A stretch of 64,000 nucleotides of DNA, taken from Antedon mediterranea (lineage: Eukaryota; Animalia; Echinodermata). Every line of letters starts with the position of its first letter. Within the stretch, counting starts at the first letter, position 1. The notes below the pieces were generated by a model. That model saw nothing but the letters and a program-made list of their open reading frames with translations, was not told the DNA's origin and made no database searches. Below, piece after piece: positions 47,301 through 58,735 of this stretch. The position numbers and the translations under genes were made by a program. The stretch spans positions 20,044,871 through 20,108,870 of the forward strand of contig NC_092676.1 of assembly GCF_964355755.1 (NCBI RefSeq). The letters are read 5' to 3'.

Positions 47301-50300
47301 CTACGCAACACATTTTACTGCCCACAAGAATACTGTAACTAATTGTAGATTTAATATCTTGTTTTTTGAAGATTTAAAGAAACTGAAACAATAATAATAA
47401 TATAGCATGGTGTGGAAACTGTCTATCAAGTATCTTGTTTTTGTCTTCAATTTATTCTTTTTTTCTTTAGAATTTACAGAATTTTAAGATGAGTTAGAAC
47501 TTTCAAATAATCAACATCTAAATAATCCAAAGCTAAATAATTGTAGAAGAAAATATGCCTGATTTTTCTTTGTAAGGCTTTTAAAAAAATAATGTTTAAA
47601 CCGATCCACTCATTTTTTGGATATTGTATGCAGAGTTTTACTACTGTTTTGGCTTACTATGTTGAATAGTACGTACAGTAACGCAAAGTAGCCACAACAC
47701 CAATACTGCACTGTACCATTAGGTGCGAGACAAATGTTTAAAGTTGTTTCAAGAAAAAGTTGGTTTTTAAAGAACGAGTTGTTGACTATGTTTAAGAGAT
47801 AAACATTGTGCCGATCAAATTAAGTACTAGATACTAGATTGTATATTTTATATGTATATTCAAAAACAAAAGAACCAGAATGTAATGGACTGAGCCTTGA
47901 GATCAGATAGCATCTTTTGCTATGGTGTGTTCATTACTATACTAATACATGATTCATTTAGTAACATTAACAGTATGCCACTATTTCAAGAACATCATAC
48001 TGTTTGACGGTTTCTGTATTCTTTTGTAATCTAAGAATGGTCAAATTACAGATTTCGTTATCATGCTCAAAAAATAAAATTCCATTCTCATTTGAATTGT
48101 TGTCATCTTTACGTACCATAATTTTCTTGAGCACCTCATTAAGAATTTTACTGTCCTGTAGATCAAATGATGACTTAAAAGTGAAAGAGGTTCTCTTTAC
48201 TTTAATGCGAGAATCTTGTTTGGGAAAAACTAGTTCAAACAAATATCCAATATAAATTGTAAAGTGAAGGAAGAGGACAAAACTCAAAAAGAAAGAAGCT
48301 GAACAATACTTTTGAGGGAAAAAGAAATAGAAGAGAGAGTGAGTGTGCATGCATTCAAGAATTGTAATATGTAGCCATAACACTGGCAAGGGTTCAAGGC
48401 TCACTTGCTCCATGGCTCTGGTGGTACAGCGAGTCTTCTCGGATAAGGACTATAAACCGTAGGTCCAGAGTACACATCTAGACGTGTAAGGGGGTTACCC
48501 CGGTGTACTGATTATTACTGGACACTCTGGGAGAACAAGACTGAAGAGGTCACTTGGTAAAAAGAATAAATAAATAATAAATAAATTAATTACAAAACAA
48601 CTAAAACGGCAAATAAGAAACAAAAAGGGTCTTTCACACTGGATCATTTAGTAAATATCTTATACCTAATAGGAAAAACCTCTAGAGCTGTCCACACAAG
48701 TACATATTTCACTCGCACCTTACTCACAAAGCTATGAAAACAAGTAGGTGAAATGTATGTGTGTTTTCGTCTGTCAAATTTACAGGCCATTTGCACAGCC
48801 AGTTAGAAAGTAAAACAAAAAGTCCAGTATGATTGTGGAAAACCATTGCTTCTAAATCATGTCGCAAAAGTGTCACAAACATAGATATAAAAACATTCTT
48901 TTATTGTACTTTTTTGTTTTATTACTATATACCATCAACTCTCCCACTAATGGACACCCTTGGGCTGGCCAAATATTTCTGGTTTTCCATTCGGAATGTG
49001 TTTTTAATGGTAAAAATGAATTTAGGGCTTTTGAACCTCGTGAAGAGTTTTGGTAGAGTTTCTGGTTTTTAGATAGTCTGGAATTGGGAGAGTTGACTGA
49101 AGTGAAACAAAGGACTTACAATATCTTGTAATTTGTCCCATGCAGTCGTTAATCCTTCCTCGTTTGTGGTATTGTACTTAGAAAGTCCCACCATCAAATC
49201 GGTAGATACGTATTGTTCAACATCGCTACGGTAGATGAATCCTACGATACCGGCAGCAAGTTCCAAGATGAAGATCAGAAGAAGGAACATAAAGAACTAA
49301 AAAAGAAACAAAACAATTATGAGTTAAATTTATACAATATAACAGTAGGAGTGTGTTACAAGAATTCAGTATATTTTCAGTAGTCATGGTCATGTCACCT
49401 GATGCATGTACTGTATCATGTCTGACGACAATAAAAGGCTTGCAGTTTTGTGTCTGTGATGCCAACCCTTCATCTCACATGGTTTACTGTGAAATTATTT
49501 AGAGGGTTGGGTGTTAGTTAATATTTAGGTATTACATGCTACTGGTCGGGCCTGTTGATGTCAGAAGACACAATACTGTAGGCTGTTTATTGTCTCTAGG
49601 CATGATTCTGTACGAGTATGTCTGATTATAAAATAATTTATTCATAAAAGAAACGGAGGCAGATGGTTGAACCACCCACGTTTTTTACATTTTTATCCTG
49701 GTTTAGAGGTTTTTGGTTGGTTTTTGTGCCTCAATCAAAACTAAATATTTGTGCTTTAAAACTGTTAAAAGAATAATATCCTTAAACTGAGAATTAATTT
49801 TATGGATCGAGTGCTTGACAGAACCCAGTACAACGGGACAGTAAGGAAGGCAAGTGAGCACCAAACTACAGTACCACTATGTGAGTAAAGCCTGGTTTCC
49901 ATAAAATCGCTACACGACAGAGCGTAGCGATTCTATGGAAACGCTAAATATTCTTTGGTACGCGTATACGATTCATCGCCGACAAAATTGGCAAAGTTGA
50001 ACATGGTTGAACTTTGCCGATTTGACTGCGATGAATCGGGGAGCCTTCCCGATTGCGTCGGCGACATCTGCGCGTGTAGCGATTTTAATGGCAACGCTGT
50101 AGCGATTTTAATGGAAACCAGGCTTTACACATTATACATACGGTTAACAGTAAACATGGGTTTTCCTTGTAAGCTCCAACACATCCGCAGAAGGCTACGA
50201 TGACAACAATAACACCAGTTGCAATGAGGAGGTTAGCTGCACTGGCTAATGGAATACTGGGCAACAGTGTACCATATCCACCTTGTTCCTTAGCTAGCAC

Positions 50301-50812
50301 TGCACCAGTTGCTAAAATGCCAATACCAGATATCTGAAATAAAGTTAATAAAACAATTTAATACAGACGTAGAAAACCTATTAAGGGGACACCTGTTGGC
50401 AGTTTTGTTAAAATATATATTGCTCATCATTTGATTCACACAGGAAAAGTGCTATCATTTTGTTTATAACAGCTCTGTCTACAATATCAAACTAGTTTGA
50501 CAAAAAGAGTGTGATGCATCCAAATATGGTAGTGATATAATGTCATCGTGTCATATATATGGGCATATAAGATTTTTTCCACATAAAATTTGATAGTGTA
50601 GACAGAGCTTAAGGTGTAATAAACATTATATAGAATGTAGCAAACACATAAACGTTCTGCCGTTTCTATGAATATTCTCAATTCCTATTCTTCAAGGTAG
50701 ATATTCTTTAACATACAAATTTAATTATTTTTTAAAATATACTTACGAAGAATAATAAATTGAAGACAAATACAAGGTACTTGAGACACTTTCCACAACC
50801 TTCAACACCCAT
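44314..50812 (-). CDS. Tetraspanin (TSPAN4/9/CD53-like), 6 coding exons, ~245 aa
   Basis: Exons: 50812-50747, 50333-50142, 49296-49120, 45754-45596, 45258-45175, 44373-44314; all phase 0, 738 nt. Motifs CLKYLVFVFNLLFF, FCGCVGAYKEN, ILELAAG, CCG, DW, PPSCC, GC and four hydrophobic segments. An acceptor just upstream (~50833) implies an unlocated 5' UTR exon. Confidence 0.93.
46430..46720 (+). mobile_element. SINE copy (same family as 58425-58735)
   Basis: B-box GGTTCGAATCC followed by the same body and tail. Confidence 0.7.
47331..47466 (+). pseudogene. Degenerate inverted copy of tetraspanin first coding exon plus its acceptor
   Basis: gaaactgaaacaataataa...tgtggaaactgtctatcaagtatcttgtttttgtcttcaatttatt matches the sense sequence of ~50880-50750; it has indels and no donor site. 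Confidence 0.75.
48350..48590 (+). mobile_element. SINE copy (same family as 12305-12550)
   Basis: Near-identical block gtagccataac...ggataaggactataaaccgtaggtccag and an AT-rich tail. Confidence 0.7.
49889..50124. mobile_element. Second Harbinger-like MITE
   Basis: TIR AGCCTGGTTTCCAT...AAATCGCTAC / GTAGCGATTT...ATGGAAACCAGGCT with TAA/TTA flanks; CpG-rich interior. Confidence 0.75.
50471..50609. mobile_element. MITE family A copy
   Basis: Same TIRs and internal sequence. Confidence 0.8.
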
Positions 50813-53625
50813 GTTTTATTATTGTTGCAGCTTCTGAAAAACAAAATAATAAATGTACAATATAAATTACTGATTGCAGATTATGATAATGCAGTGACGC
50901 ACTTGAGACATATTGCAACATAAGACACCTTGATATGATCTGATTATATCAGATTTACAGCCAGATTTAATATCAAGTTGTTGACAATAAAGTCTTAATA
51001 GTACGATATATGATTTTACAGTTAGAACTAGATGATTCAAGATTCAATTTATTTTCAAAATTGCAAAGATTATTTGATGAGATCATTGGTTAAAATTGGA
51101 AAAAGTGGAAGGGAAAAAAAACCAAAAGAGCAAAGCTCGATTTTTAATATTAATAATAATAGTCTTTTCTTAGGCTCTCAATGCGCTTTACATCAAAAAT
51201 AAAAGCAGGAAATGTTAAATTAATGAAAGGCTTGTTTTTCCTTTACATATAAAACGAACAAGGACAATAAAAACATGACAATGACAAGACAATACATAAA
51301 CAAATAAGACAATTTCTAGTAGAAATACTGTACTATTAAATGGGAAACTTTCGGGACACAAGGAAGTGTCCCCTTAATTAAAAGGCGAGCGCTGAATAGG
51401 TACGGATTAGCCGTAGTGTTAAAACATATTATTTCCCCTTGATTGCTACTGTACATAAGTGTCCCATAAATAGGGTTGTCCTAAAAAAGAGAATAATAGC
51501 TAACTTTTCACATCGTCATAACTATTTCCGAGATCTTTTTTGTTAAAAAAATTCCACCTATGAATTATATATATTCAGTGTGAATAGGTGTCATTAAGGC
51601 AATTTAGATATTACATATTCAGTAGTTATTCTCTAGTCACCAACATTTTTTTAAATTATTATTATTAGAATGTCTTAATAGGCAATTAAAATATCAACTT
51701 TAATGTATCTGAAGCTTGAAATGCCAGGCTTTGTAATTTGAACCGCGAAATAGCCACTCCTACATTAACCCACAAACCTGTACGGCTTGCTCTAAAGTGT
51801 AAACAACTATTTCAAAGTTATTGATCATTTATTAATCCAATTTAGAAAAAATATGTAGAGTAAAAATTACTTCCAAAATGTAATTCTTTTTTGTCATTTA
51901 GGATGCGTATCCTAGATTCAGTACAGGAAATTCTATTAAGAGAGGAAGTGTAGCAGGGTAGGGAAAAATGACCAATTATACCCCATTAGAAATTAAAAGA
52001 TGGGTTGCAAAAGATAAGACATTCGGGTTAGCTATGCACTTCATTTAGACATTTTTAGGTCTCAAAAACCTGCCCCTTTCCCCCTCTATTTAAAAATCCT
52101 GGAAATATCACTGAAACTTTAATTTTCATACTGTAATGTCATTAATATAAATGATTTTTATTAGAAATTTATTAGAAATATGTTTATTCTGATATTGATG
52201 CTTTTTAAAAATATTTATCACTGAATATTAATTACGCTTAATAACTTCATGCTTTCTATAACAGTCAGAAATGTTAAGACAGTCCCTAATAATAATATTA
52301 ATAAACAGTTGAAAACAAAATTGTGTATTAAAACCTTAGCAAATTAGTTTAGAGTACTGTAGGCCTACATACTGTAGTAACAGACAAAAACATGTTCACA
52401 ATTCTTTATCAATGTCACTGTAATTGCCTTTAAAAAGTAATTGTATTCAACTTGTTGTAATTAGTATAAATTAGAAAATAGAAAGAGATATGAGTAGAAG
52501 TATTCTCTAATTGTCCATCTGTTTACACTACAGAAATTAAAATAATATTTGTCCATAATTTTTAATAACTCCACTTCCAAAGTCTCCATTTTGGCCATTA
52601 CCGTACTTGATATCATAATTCACTGACACTACTAGTCTGAATAACATTCCAGGAATTACCCAAGGACCCTGGGAATATGTAGAGTAGTTGTACAAACATC
52701 ATGCTATCCCTACAAGCTTAATTGGTACCTGACTATCCATTTAAACTTTCAACTGACACTGTTATACTATATATATAATAAGAGAAAGCACCTGCTCTGG
52801 GTCCTTTATAATATTTGTCTACAAATCTCACTTCTTCCAATGATAATATGCATAGAGTACACCACGGTACCATAAAGTAAAAAACAAAAATATGCTTGCT
52901 TAAAAGTTAAAATGAAAACAAAATCTGAATAAAAGAATGTGTTTAAAAAAAGACTCTTTAAAGTTAAAATGTTTTGTGCATTAATGAATTTATATTGTAT
53001 TACAAAAAAAATATTGTAAAAAAATAAAAAATAATAATGTTTAAAAAAAAAGGTTATCCCTAGTAAAAATGTATAATAAATACTCTCTTGGGTTTTAACA
53101 CCAACTACATCTTTAGTAAAAAAAAACTCACCTAAAATAATCTCCAGTGATAATATATAGTGTACCTAGACTGTAGTCTCTGCTCTAAGTGAACGGGGTG
53201 TGGCTGGATAGTAAGTTTTAGCTTGACTGAAACAAGTTTCTATTCGTTGAAATGCTCAGTGAGTTCTTAATGGTCATGGCCTACTGCATGACTCACTGAT
53301 TACGTTGCTTCCTGCTCTTGAAATTCTACAGTCTAGAAAACTGATAGTACTGTATGCTAAAAGTGGATATTACAATTGGGCATACTACAGCCCCAGGAGA
53401 TTATCCCTCCTACACAATTCCCTTCCCACACAAAATTATTTAAGACAAAATAGGCTTGAAAAAATACTAGGCCTAATAAGGAAAGAGTGATCATTCTAAG
53501 TTCCCTGGCTTAATCAATAAGTCTCTGTAAAAGTAATTAATTTATTGTATTAAAATGATTATAAACAATATACTAGTATTTATGGTAATTAAAATTTTAA
53601 ATTGACTAAATGAAGCAAAACATAA

Positions 53626-53748
53626 AGCTCTGTCTACATTTTATGTGACAAAAAATGTCATATATGGATATGATGATGTCATATTCACTACCATATTTGG
53701 GCAACCACACTTTTTTTGTCAAACTAGTTTGATAGTGTAAAAAGAGAT
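53626..53748. mobile_element. MITE family A copy (deleted)
   Basis: Same TIR and partial internal sequence. Confidence 0.7.
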
Positions 53749-55529
53749 TAAGATAATTGATAAAATCAAAGATAACATTTTTAAAATTTAGCCGCTAATT
53801 AGAGTAATATTGCACAGAGCAACATTACGTTTCAGAAAAAACACCTCTAAAACTATAACAATTATGCAAATATGCACTTTTTAAATATTAATACTGTATC
53901 TAAAAATGCTGGTACATAGCAACGAGTCTTAACATCTTTAATGATTTTACATGCAACAAATCATGAATATCAAACGTTTTTAGTAACATATGTTCGAATA
54001 AAATCCCTGAAAAGGGAATTGACTAGTATTTTGTTCATGTTTTGGGGACGTATATCTCGGTATCTTTATTTTAAAAAACAATTTACTGAGAAATCCGTAG
54101 CAGTAAAAAAAAAAATGGATTGAGGATTTGTTTACAACAGGCCTTTAATTAAAAACATGAATAGGCCTACAAACAATTTCATACAAAAAAATCTACAAAA
54201 AAGAGAAAGAAAAAAGAGAGAAGCAGCCACATATAAAACTTTTATTTAAAAAAATGGTTATTAAACAAATCTAAAACATATTTTTCTAGACATTCAGTCA
54301 TTGACAGAAAGTTACTTATTTTCAGACTGATGATTAAGTACTCGACTAAATAGTCATATTTAAGAATAAAACCAAAGTCTGTAGGGTATTGCTTGCATCA
54401 ATCGTGACCTTTCTAAGTCAGCGATTTGCGACATAAGCGTGTAAAGGCCGTGCTCAACGTAGTAAAGTCAACGTACAGCAACCTGTGTAAAGGAAGCGCC
54501 TATGCCGTCAGCATAACCTTTCAGATCTACTTTATCAAACATACTTGGTTGGCCACTTTCCTGATTAAATTTCATATCTGTATTGGACAGTGCGATGACA
54601 GTGCGTATTAAGCAAGTCATCGCATGTAAAATTAAAATCTAAAGTAAAACGGTTTACAGTACTTTATGTTCTGCGTCCTTCAAGAATGTTTGCCGTGTAT
54701 GGCTATAAATAGTCTGATTATCCGAAACTCTGAAAACTTTCTTTAACTCTTTCTTTAACTTTCTTGATGGAACTTTGATGGAAATTTGCGGTACACCAAC
54801 TGTACTGTACACCACATATAGTTCTGAAAAGTTTTGATCAATACTCCTGAGGACGATCAAAGTATATTAATCGAAACATCGAGAAACTAAACGGTTCTTT
54901 TCAGAACTATATAAACGTGGTGTACTGCAAACTTTATATCAACATGTTGTTGTAAACAGCTCTCCAATGAAAATTTGATTTCACTTCCAAGTATACCGCA
55001 TATAACTGATACAATATGTTAATCAATTCTACATAGGAAACAATTATGTGTACAGAGTTTAAAAACTAAATAATAATACTGTACAATACTTTGAATGATA
55101 AACAACACAATGAATTCAAAGCCACAAGCGCACAGCATTAACAAAACATCTAACATGGATGAACACTCCTCAGTGGTGGATCCAGGATTTTGAAATAGGG
55201 TGGGGTAGGGGTTTTTACTAGTGACAATATCTTTTCTGTCACCACTCAGCGGATCTGGAACGCGCTTCCTGTCGATTTAAAAGGAGTGAATTCGGCACTC
55301 GGTGGAGAGCAAAACAAAAGAATGTATATATTTACTGCAATGCTATAATGATAATATTCATCAGCAGCGCTTTAAAGAAAAAAACCATCAAGATTAGATC
55401 GCTTTGCTCATACAAGAAAGGATGCTAAAATGCTCCTTAAAATACTTCTTGTTTGACCTCATTCTACTACTATATCTGTAATGTACCTTGACCTTTTAAT
55501 AGGCTATTGACCTTTAAAAATGCTGCTAC

Positions 55530-58103
55530 TAGCCTGGGTGCAGTACAAATTTTGCGGGAAAAAAGTATAGGAAAATTTTTTTCTTTTTTTTCTTATAGAG
55601 TACAGGGGCGCAGCCAGCAAAGAATTAAAGGGGGGGTCAAACAATATGTGAGTATTTTGCGAGCGAAGCGAGCAACCATGGGCTGGGGGCCAGGGGGCGA
55701 AGCCCCCTGGAAGCTTTGGCGGTCTAGGGCAATCTAGATCATTTGAATCGGTTTACGCACAAACAAATATGACAATGTTAACACTAATAAATTGAAACAA
55801 AGAAAACAAAAAACAACATTTTTATATTCCAGGCTGCCACAGACAAACACTTTTTTTCTTGCTTGTTTGTTGATTTGTGTAGAGAGGCTGTAAACTCAAG
55901 AGGAATTATTTGAATTCCTCCTTTTTCACCAATACAAAAGTTGCATGAAATGAACGTAGAGATGCAAAAGTTTGAAAAAAGATATTAGAATGATAGCATG
56001 GAGTGATATTATTGAGAACCGTAAGGTTAGAGTTCATACACTGTGCAAGTCCAAGAAGCTATCTTGGCTCCGTGTGTATGTGAGACGCTTATCATACCCA
56101 GTACATACAATATTTTGTTTAAAAATATACCTATTTTGTTCGAATGTATAGTATAGGTGATAGCTTATACATAATTGTAATAACTAACTTCTAAATTATT
56201 ATCATACATTTTACGTTAGTTACTATAACGGCGCTCTAGACATCGCGTGATGCATCTTTAAACATAAGTTTGGAACATTCTTCTTGGCTTGGAGACAGAA
56301 TTCGCGAATGCCATTCTCTGTATTAATGTTCATGTTAAAGTGTATGTTCAAGAGGCACAATCCCGAAAGCTACTCATAAGACATGTGATTTCGCAAACAG
56401 GTTTTCGTTCTCCATAAAGTCGAAAAACTCCGCTCAGCTTCAGCAGACGTTACGGGCATAGGGCCTACGCGATTAGAAGAAGTGCACGCACATTCGGGAA
56501 CACATCTGGATCCGCTAATTTTACACAGTCGCTTCCATCACTGAAGCTCGGAATGAAGATGTTTGTGTCTTGGCAGATCATCGTACCAAATTCAAGTTCC
56601 TTGAAGACTTCTTCAACATTACACTTCGATAGACTTGGGTGCTACGCCAAATATGTTAGAGCATGGCCTGTTATCGGCAGAAAAACGGGTTTTTAACTCG
56701 GTTTGTTGATTTGGTAATACTGCTCGGTAGTAATCTTCCACAGTATCTCCAGGATGATTTGATCTGTATTGTTGTCTCATGTTTTTATTTATTTTTTCTA
56801 AAAAAAAGGGGGGGTCAGGACCCCCGTGACCCCCCCACTGGCTGCGCCCCTGGAGTATACCATATAGAATGGCAGAAAAAAAATCCCCATCTCAGGGTCT
56901 TGGGGAAATTTTTTTACGGCACTTTTAAATTTTGGCCTATATAACACACACAAATGCCTATTAACACACACAAATACCTATATATAGGGGATAGGGAAAA
57001 CCAATTCACATTTTTTTTTACTTGGAGTTGTGTTATGATGATTAAAATTTGCTGAGGCTTACTTTAATAACTACTTCTCATAGTAGTTGATAAATCGAGT
57101 CGATAACAATGACATCATCATGCCAGAATCCAATATGGCGTCCAATTTGGCGGAAAAAACAGGGCATTGCTAAACCCCCAAAAACCCTTGCAAACCTAAA
57201 AAAAAGCATAGCAAACCCCACCGAACCAACATAAAAGTGATTGAATCATATAGTGTACGACCCACTGGGTATATCCATGTAAAAAAAAAAATTAAATTTC
57301 TACTGTTAACTACTTATTTTTGGGATAAAACATCATTTTTTGGTCAAAAATGATTGCTAAACCCTGCAAACCTCCAAAAAAACATAGCAAACCCCACCGA
57401 ACCAACATAATAAAAGTGATTGAATCATGTAGTGTACGACCCACTGGGTATATCCATGTTTTAAAAAAATAAAATTTCTACTGTTAACTACTTATTTTTG
57501 GGGTAAAACATCATTTTTTGGTAAAAAATGATTGCTAATTTTTAACCAAAAAATGATGTTTTATCCCCAAAATAAGTAGTTAACAGTAGAAATTTTAATT
57601 TTTTTTTAGATGGACATACCCAGTGGTTCGTACACTCCATGATTCAATCACTTTTATGTCGGTTCGGTGGGGTTTTCTATGTTTTTTTTTTAGGTTTGCG
57701 GGGGTTTAGCAATACCCTGTTTTTCTCGCCAAATTGGACGCCATATTGGATTCTGGCATGATGATGTCATCGTATCGACTTGATTTATCAACTACTATGA
57801 GAAGTAGTTATTAAAGTAAGCCTCTAGTAATTTTAATCATTAAAACACAACTGCAAGTAACAAAAACTGTTAATTGATTTTCCCTATCCCCTATATATAG
57901 GTATTTGTGTATGTTAATAGGAATTTGTGTGTGTTATATAGGCCAAAATTTAAAAGTGCCATAAAAAATTTTCCCCAAGACCCTGGGATGGAGATTTTTT
58001 TTCGGACATTCTATATGGTATACTCTATTAGAAAAACCCCAAAAAAATTTTCCTATACTTTTTTCCCGCAAATGTGTATAATAATTGTTCTGCACCCAGG
58101 CTA
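55530..58103. mobile_element. Non-autonomous foldback DNA transposon, Academ-like termini
   Basis: Termini TAGCCTGGGTGCAG / CTGCACCCAGGCTA; 4-bp TSD CTAC (55526-55529, 58104-58107). Arms 55530-55602 plus 56858-~57530 and ~57540-58103 are long inverted repeats. The left arm carries a ~180-bp tandem duplication (~57167-57538). Confidence 0.8.
55603..56852 (-). mobile_element. Internally deleted hAT transposon with 5-bp TSD, nested in the foldback element
   Basis: 15-bp perfect TIR CAGGGGCGCAGCCAG; TSD GAGTA (55598-55602, 56853-56857). Minus-strand remnant at ~56520-56270 reads FPNVRALLLIA*/MPVTSAEAERSFSTLWRTKTCLRNHMS..*LSGLCLLNIH, the hAT C-terminal dimerisation motif, with stops and a frameshift. 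Confidence 0.88.
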
Positions 58104-58424
58104 CTACTACAAATATCAATTATTAATCATTTTTAATATTATTTTTGCTTTTGATATTTTAATACTATGCTATATTGTTACTTATGTTCCAACAAATGTA
58201 AGCGATACACAGTTAGCTGACCAATCACAACTGGATAGATCACCCGAACTACCGCTTGTGATTGGTCAACTCACTTATGTTGCGCTTACGTCCTTGTGTT
58301 GTATCCAAGTGGAAACCAGGTGAGCTCTCATATGCGAGTTTCAAAGTGCTGGAGTAAATGATTTTGATTTTCTTCTTGTTTTGGTTATCTTATTTTATGG
58401 ATCATTTTTGTGTAAAGCGTACAA

Positions 58425-58735
58425 AGGCATGTGGCGCATTGTGTTGGACGTTCAACTACTGATCGTGAGATCGAGGTTTCAATTGAACTCTCGCCGCATT
58501 GCTTGTATCCTTAGGCAAGATACTTTACTTACGTTTGCCTCTCTCCACCCAGGTGTATAAATGGGAACCCGGTTAGATCAAGACACAACTTTGCGGTGAT
58601 TACTAGCTGCATTATGGGAGACTGTTTCCATACGTGTTTGATCCAAAAACAATGACTGGGGTAATAATGTTCAGCGCTTAGAGGTTTCACAACATTAGGC
58701 GCTATATAAATCCAGGATATTATTATTATTATTAT
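58425..58735 (+). mobile_element. tRNA-headed SINE with CORE-like centre and L2-like tail
   Basis: gtatccttaggcaagatacttt...ccacccaggtgtataaatggg...gcgctatataaat(att)n; second copy ~46430-46720 and a reverse partial copy ~61920-62095. Confidence 0.7.
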
